A model generated the notes under the pieces. It was not told the origin of the DNA, made no database searches, and was given only the letters and a program-made list of their open reading frames with translations. A DNA stretch of 20,000 nt from an uncultured virus (IMG/VR IMGVR_UViG_3300044645_001931) (Duplodnaviria; Heunggongvirae; Uroviricota; Caudoviricetes): the IMG/VR virus record IMGVR_UViG_3300044645_001931. One strand, given 5' to 3'. This document shows positions 15,109-20,000 of this stretch, one piece after another (position 1 is the first letter of the stretch; each line of letters starts with the position of its first letter). The translations under genes and the position numbers were made by a program.

Positions 15109-15532
15109 GTTGAGCCTCAGTTGGGTTTTTGGAAACAAAGGAGTAGTTGGTGTATGGATCTCTGAAAACAAGGTTGCCTTCTTCATTCCTGACACGGCGA
15201 CGGTACTTTGGTGCAGGAAGTGTTCTGCGTTGATACAGGGTCAGCTTTAGGCGGTTGTCACGAGCGTTGTTGTCCTTGTCGTGTAGTACGTCTGCATTCT
15301 CCGGATTTGTACCAGTACGCAAGTAGTACACCACTCGATGCGCTGGATATTTTGTACCCAGCAAGGAGATGGTATAGAACCTGCCGTCAGGGCGAAGTAC
15401 CCCAGCTTGATCACCGGGTTCATGAAGGCGGCCGGCTGTCTTCCACTTGAGACCGGAAAGGTAGTCAGAGGTGAGTTCTAGGTGCTCTTGTAGCCACCAC
15501 AGGGGCGGCATTTCGTGATAAGTGCGTGCCAC
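15101..15532 (-). CDS. HNH homing-endonuclease-like protein
   Basis: SGLKWK ... GDQAG ... Y..AHRVVYYLRTG.NP...DVLH....RDNR is the phage HNH layout. Probable GTG start at 15532. Confidence 0.75.
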   Translation of the reverse strand: MARTYHEMPPLWWLQEHLELTSDYLSGLKWKTAGRLHEPGDQAGVLRPDGRFYTISLLGTKYPAHRVVYYLRTGTNPENADVLHDKDNNARDNRLKLTLYQRRTLPAPKYRRRVRNEEGNLVFRDPYTNYSFVSKNPTEAQHG

Positions 15533-15623
15533 TAGGGATAGAGAGGTGCTGAACAAGGAGAGTATACACCGTTACCCAGGTAGAAACCTGTAGTGGCGGG
15601 GTATTTAAAGGTGTCTACATACT

Positions 15624-15773
15624 TATTTACTATATTAGAGTCGTGAGCTGTTTTTCTTGAAAAGTGTCTCACTTCTTAGTTTTGTCTCATTTGCGTCTCA
15701 CTTAATACTGAGAGCCATTCTCATTAGAGACACTTTCCGACAAAAACTGCTCACGACTTCCTTATGGTAAATA
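15624..15773. repeat. Long imperfect inverted repeat (core arms 15639-15670 / 15727-15758) with internal GTCTCA repeats; candidate origin or protein-binding site
   Basis: Left arm agtcgtgagctgtttttcttgaaaagtgtctc vs reverse complement of right arm agtcgtgagcagtttttgtcggaaagtgtctc: 28/32. Extends to 38/47. Confidence 0.85.
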
Positions 15774-15841
15774 CGGGGGTAGTCTCCCTTACGCAAGACG
15801 GTTGACTCCTTCACTTGCCGCGCATACCTTCTTGTGGACAC

Positions 15842-15870
15842 AAAAAAAGCCCCTGCTAGATGCAGAGGCC
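15842..15870 (-). terminator. Rho-independent terminator after the glycosyltransferase gene
   Basis: Minus strand reads ggcctctgc-atcta-gcaggggct-tttttt: a GC-rich stem-loop followed by a T run, about 20 nt past the stop at 15889. Confidence 0.85.
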
Positions 15871-15888
15871 TGGTCCCCTTGGACCTGA

Positions 15889-17166
15889 TTAGCTTACAGC
15901 GGCTGCCATCTCTTTCCGCAGAGTCCGGCTTTTCTTTCGTTTCCGTGGCTTCTCACTGATCTCAACCGGGACTGAATGATCAACCTGGTTCATGACATCC
16001 TCAAAGATGCCGCCAAATTGAGACGCAACTGTGTCCCATGAGAACTGTGTATCCATTACGCGTTGCCGGCAGCGTGTACCAACCCATTCACGAATACCTT
16101 TGTCTTGGTACAGGTACTCCAAGATCTCAGCAAGGTGGTCAGAGGACGGGCATGGCATTTCACGTGCGTAGTTGGTGTCCACATCGATGTGGTCACAACG
16201 GATCAGTTCGCCATAGCCCTCAAAAATCTCTTTGCATGACGTATGGTCAGGCACTACCTGCGGCACATTACAGGCAGCGTGTTCAAAGTTGACAAGACCC
16301 CAGCCCTCACCTTTGCAGGTGTTAACGCCCACGTCACACGCGTTGTAGATGGTGTTAAGCATCTCCACCGATACGTTCGGCGGGCCATCCGTCTGCGTCG
16401 TCATGATGATGCGTCCGTTGGGATCAAGACCCACCCGCGACATCTCCCTGGCAAATACGCCCATCAGATCCCAGCCCTGGTCCTTCAGGCCCATGTGGAG
16501 GTAGAGCTGTGCTTCTGGCTTATTAACGGCAAACTTGGCAAAGGCTTTGATCGTAATGTCTTGCCGTTTGCGGAACTGATTCCTGTTCCCATTGAAGACG
16601 ATGAACAGATCTTCTTTGAGTCCAAGCTTGCGACGGCATTCATTCCGGTCCTGAGGGTAGAACTGCCCTGGTGTTACACCATGGGGAATGACAGCGATGG
16701 GTTTGTTGATGCCACCCTTCACAAATTCGTGCGCACCAAATTCTGTGTAAGAAACAATGGCATCCCAATCATTGGCTGTTTCATTCAGGCAACCAATCCA
16801 GCCATACGAATCCATGGGGGCATACCCCACAAACTTAAACTTTCCTTGCTTATGCAGGTCTTGGATCTGACGGTACTGCTCATTGATGATCCACATGTCA
16901 TTGATCGTGAAAACAATGTCCGGCTCTTCACGTTCAACGATCTCCCTGATGCGTTGCTCACCGAATGGTGCAGTCTGAAATCGATTGGATGAAGGATAAA
17001 TCTTGAAGTCCTTCTGCTGCTCACATGGGTCACCCCACCAGTTGTGACCAAGAACAACAATATCAAAGTCGTCTTTCAAACGATAGATGACGTTTTCAGT
17101 TACACGTGCAAAGCCAGTCATGGCGACGATATCGCCACACCACAACACTTTAGTTTTCTTTGTCAA
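15889..17166 (-). CDS. Glycosyltransferase, GT-B fold, family GT4
   Basis: TGFARVTENV N-terminus, IPHGV, RNQFRKRQD, IYNACDVG and GEGWGLVNFEHAAC (E-x7-E motif). TTG start. Confidence 0.92.
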   Translation of the reverse strand: MTKKTKVLWCGDIVAMTGFARVTENVIYRLKDDFDIVVLGHNWWGDPCEQQKDFKIYPSSNRFQTAPFGEQRIREIVEREEPDIVFTINDMWIINEQYRQIQDLHKQGKFKFVGYAPMDSYGWIGCLNETANDWDAIVSYTEFGAHEFVKGGINKPIAVIPHGVTPGQFYPQDRNECRRKLGLKEDLFIVFNGNRNQFRKRQDITIKAFAKFAVNKPEAQLYLHMGLKDQGWDLMGVFAREMSRVGLDPNGRIIMTTQTDGPPNVSVEMLNTIYNACDVGVNTCKGEGWGLVNFEHAACNVPQVVPDHTSCKEIFEGYGELIRCDHIDVDTNYAREMPCPSSDHLAEILEYLYQDKGIREWVGTRCRQRVMDTQFSWDTVASQFGGIFEDVMNQVDHSVPVEISEKPRKRKKSRTLRKEMAAAVS

Positions 17167-17236
17167 GGCAATCGAGTTACTCTCGCTTTACTATACCGAA
17201 AATTAAAGGAACGTAGACTAGTAAAAAACAAGTGAT

Positions 17237-18130
17237 ATGAACCAGGCTGCTCTTGCTGGTAAATTTATGCAGCTTCAACAAAATGAACTGTTTAATGAAT
17301 TTCAAGAAGGAGTAATGACAGGCGTGCCAGCCGGTCTAAGTCTCCTTGGCACTGACAATACGTTGCCTCAGGTTGCTTTACAGACTTTAGGCGCTGTCGC
17401 AGGTGGCTTTGGTATTGGCATGTTAGGCAAGTCAATAGGAGCAGGAATTGGAAAACGTCTTCACCCTCAGGCTTTAAAAGATCAACAAGGCCTTGCAGCA
17501 GCTTTTGGCAGGGCAGCAGGACAAAAAACCTTAACACAGGGCGGCGCAGAAACTTTGCGTTATACAAAAGGTCAAATTAAACAAGAACTTAAACAGCAAA
17601 CATCTGCGCAACTTTTAAATGAAGCTTTGCAAAACCCTCAAGCATTTGCGGGTAAATATGGCGTTGATGCGGAAACATTTAAGAAGTATCACACAGTTGC
17701 TGGTGCTGCTGGTCAAGCACGTGCAGGATTAGAGACTATTGAAAACATGTCGCCCGAGCAACGCAAACAAATGAGCAACGTTGCGCAACAATTAATGAAT
17801 CAAGGCTTTAATCAAGTTGAAAACTTAATCAATACGCAAGCCGCAGCCACTATGGACAACAACATCATGAAAATGGCAATGCTTCAGAAAGGTAAAACAG
17901 TCCCTGGCACCGATATGGACATCGGTGAAACATTTGAAACTCTTTTGAAAAATGCAAAACCAATAACAGGCGAGCATATTGGGCGTGCAGTAGGTCGCTT
18001 TATTGGTGATGAAGTGGGTGTAGTAACTGGCATTGGTTTAACAGGAGCATTAACAGGAGCTCTTGGAATGAAAACAGAAAAAGATAAAAAAATTGAGGAG
18101 CTAGAGAGCCAGTTGAGTCGGGGTTATTGA
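17237..18130 (+). CDS. Hypothetical Gly/Ala/Gln-rich helical protein with hydrophobic glycine-zipper-like segments
   Basis: 297-aa ORF with LGAVAGGFGIGMLGKSIGAGIG and VGVVTGIGLTGALTGALG segments. TAGACT box at 17214-17219. Confidence 0.75.
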   Translation: MNQAALAGKFMQLQQNELFNEFQEGVMTGVPAGLSLLGTDNTLPQVALQTLGAVAGGFGIGMLGKSIGAGIGKRLHPQALKDQQGLAAAFGRAAGQKTLTQGGAETLRYTKGQIKQELKQQTSAQLLNEALQNPQAFAGKYGVDAETFKKYHTVAGAAGQARAGLETIENMSPEQRKQMSNVAQQLMNQGFNQVENLINTQAAATMDNNIMKMAMLQKGKTVPGTDMDIGETFETLLKNAKPITGEHIGRAVGRFIGDEVGVVTGIGLTGALTGALGMKTEKDKKIEELESQLSRGY

Positions 18131-18463
18131 CCGTACCAACTCTTTCTCTTCCGCTGTTTTTGCTTTGAGTTTTGCTTTTAAAAACTCAGCCGCTCGATGC
18201 GTCTGCGTTGTATCACCACAGGTGTAAAGATCGATAGCGCAATAGCCAATCTCTGGCCACGTATGGATTGATGCGTGTGATTCTGCCAGCAATGCCAATA
18301 GCGTCACGCCCTGGGGCTCAAACTTTTCCCCAAAGATACGCAGGACATTTGCTTTTGCCATAACTAGAGAAGCCTCAAGCAAACGTTGAAGCTCCTCATA
18401 ATCATTCAGGATCTCTTGATCACACTCATAGAGATCCAGGATTAGGTGCCGTCCATTGCTCAC
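18101..18463 (-). CDS. speD: S-adenosylmethionine decarboxylase proenzyme (pyruvoyl-dependent, prokaryotic class)
   Basis: GRHLILDLY, FEPQGVT, LAE/SHASIHTWPE self-cleavage site and AIDLYTCG. GTG start overlaps the helicase stop. Confidence 0.93.
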   Translation of the reverse strand: MSNGRHLILDLYECDQEILNDYEELQRLLEASLVMAKANVLRIFGEKFEPQGVTLLALLAESHASIHTWPEIGYCAIDLYTCGDTTQTHRAAEFLKAKLKAKTAEEKELVRSITPTQLAL

Positions 18464-20000
18464 ATGACTTCCGCAATATTCTCCATTGTCGCATTGGTAG
18501 GCGCACTAATGTCTACTCCGTATAGCTGAATAAATTCCTGCGGGTTAGCTGCTACTTCAACAACGGAAGGATAGTTTTCGTACTTAGCGTTTGAACCTCT
18601 GACGATGACGTTAAACACTTGCAAGCCAACGTTTGTTTTCCTGTTGAAAACATTGAGTTTGAGCTGGTGCTTACAGATATCAAAGAACAGAACTTCAAAT
18701 CGAGCACGTCCCACAAAGCCAACGTTACAGCTACGGCAGAACTCTGCATAGCTTGGGTACAACCATCTTTCCCATTCTTGGTAGAAGTTGCTTGACCCCA
18801 TAGCATTCTTGCAAGTACCAACGTACGAGAACATGCCCGGATCATAAACAAGGTGTTGGCTCATCCAATCCAACAGTGGGTTGGAACGCAGGCTTTGCTC
18901 CTTCTCATACTTCTGGAAGAAGTCCACATGTTGTGCGGTTTCCATGAGGTAGGAACGCATGTCAGCTTCCGGCATATCCAGTAGCCAGTTCACAAGCCCT
19001 GGTAGCAGAGACGCAAACTCACCTTCTGGATTTCCTTTGTTATCAAACTTGATCAGCTCTTTTTGTTCTGCTTGTCCACCCATAAATGGACGGTCAAACG
19101 GAATAGTGAGACGGCGACGAGCCAGACCAGAAGTATAGTCGGTGGACTGAATAGCTTCATTAGCTGTGATGATGACCATTCCATGGTATTGAAATGGATC
19201 TAACGCTTCCCCTTGGTACTTGCGCTCAGAACGGATCCAGTCATTACCGGTGATTGCTTTTAGCCTGGATACGGAACCACCCCAACGATCAGCATCCTGG
19301 AACAGGAGGAGCTTTTTACCCATGTAGGCCGCTGCTTCAAACCTGTTTTTCTCCATGTTCTCGAAGTCTGTGGAGTAGGTATTACTGCGTCCTACCAATG
19401 CCACCGCAAGGTTTGCGTAGGTAGATTTACCCGACTTACCTGGACCCACAATCTCCAGGAACTTCTGGATCTCGTAGTTACCAAGCAGTGTTGCCCTGAG
19501 CCATGCCCTCAGCACTTGAGTGCGATTCCAGGAATTGTGCTGCGTATGCTTCAGCCACTTAATGATTTCTTCACAGGTAGCCGATGGGTCATATTCATAC
19601 GGCATCTGTTGCGTTACATGCAGTTCTCGCTGGAAGGGAAGCAATTCCCTGGCACCAACATCTAACAAACCATTGGTAAAGAGCAGATAATCCGTTTCGT
19701 CATACCAGTCATCAAATGGCACCAACGCCTGGAGCTGCTTGTACATATCCTCCATCAGGTTGTGGTTAAACCCCCTGGGCAACCAACCAGAAGCAGCAAG
19801 ATCTTTCAGGTTATCCCTGATGCTGCCATACATCTCGATCTTGGTTTTTTTCTCCCATAGACCCTTCCTTTTGTCATAGAGAAAGAACTGGTTGTGGGGC
19901 TGACTAAACAACAAATCACCTGCGTATGCAACAAGCAACTGATCAGCTATCTCATGAGATGGTCTGTTGTGCCCCCTGGCATCCTTAGGTTCTTCTTTAT
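18460..20000 (-). CDS. D5/P4-family primase-helicase, SF3 helicase part (5'-truncated by the window)
   Basis: D5_N-like LLFTNGLLD; Walker A GPGKSGKST, Walker B LLLFQD, LKAITGND.I..ERKY, motif C IITAN and RRRL.IPF. The frame stays open to the window edge. Confidence 0.92.
   Translation of the reverse strand, partial: KEEPKDARGHNRPSHEIADQLLVAYAGDLLFSQPHNQFFLYDKRKGLWEKKTKIEMYGSIRDNLKDLAASGWLPRGFNHNLMEDMYKQLQALVPFDDWYDETDYLLFTNGLLDVGARELLPFQRELHVTQQMPYEYDPSATCEEIIKWLKHTQHNSWNRTQVLRAWLRATLLGNYEIQKFLEIVGPGKSGKSTYANLAVALVGRSNTYSTDFENMEKNRFEAAAYMGKKLLLFQDADRWGGSVSRLKAITGNDWIRSERKYQGEALDPFQYHGMVIITANEAIQSTDYTSGLARRRLTIPFDRPFMGGQAEQKELIKFDNKGNPEGEFASLLPGLVNWLLDMPEADMRSYLMETAQHVDFFQKYEKEQSLRSNPLLDWMSQHLVYDPGMFSYVGTCKNAMGSSNFYQEWERWLYPSYAEFCRSCNVGFVGRARFEVLFFDICKHQLKLNVFNRKTNVGLQVFNVIVRGSNAKYENYPSVVEVAANPQEFIQLYGVDISAPTNATMENIAEVM

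Noticed and set aside
15562..15575. GTA-N8-TAC, NtcA-box-like site
   Set aside because: A 6-bp pattern is expected several times by chance in 20 kb; it lies before an HNH gene and none is seen before the nblA-like gene.
15639..15758. Inverted repeat as a MITE/IS end pair or tRNA
   Set aside because: No target-site duplication or transposase seen, and no cloverleaf or T-loop motif.
16243..16992. 249-aa plus-strand ORF
   Set aside because: Antisense shadow of the well-supported GT4 gene; no motif or expression signal.

Overview
This 20 kb window is gene-dense DNA from a tailed dsDNA phage, most likely infecting a (pico)cyanobacterium; the host inference rests on an NblA-like ORF, a CP12-like micro-ORF and speD. 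It carries a GH24 lysozyme, a DUF3310-type protein, dCTP deaminase, a Dam-like methyltransferase homologue with an altered catalytic motif, an HTH protein, two fibre genes (one Thr/Gly repeat protein, one modular mosaic fibre), a GH73+M15 double-catalytic endolysin, a holin-like ORF, two HNH-fold genes, a GT4 glycosyltransferase, speD and a partial D5/P4-type SF3 primase-helicase. The most interesting items are: (1) an NblA-like protein with an acidic tail and a 40-aa CP12 C-terminal mimic missing from the ORF track; (2) a ~38-aa helical module shared by two unrelated lysins; (3) an intergenic 32-47 bp inverted repeat enclosing GTCTCA repeats (candidate origin); (4) a 276-bp cassette bounded by a duplicated promoter; (5) a -10 box about 20 nt upstream of nearly every gene. 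All family assignments come from motif recognition by eye; no database searches were run.
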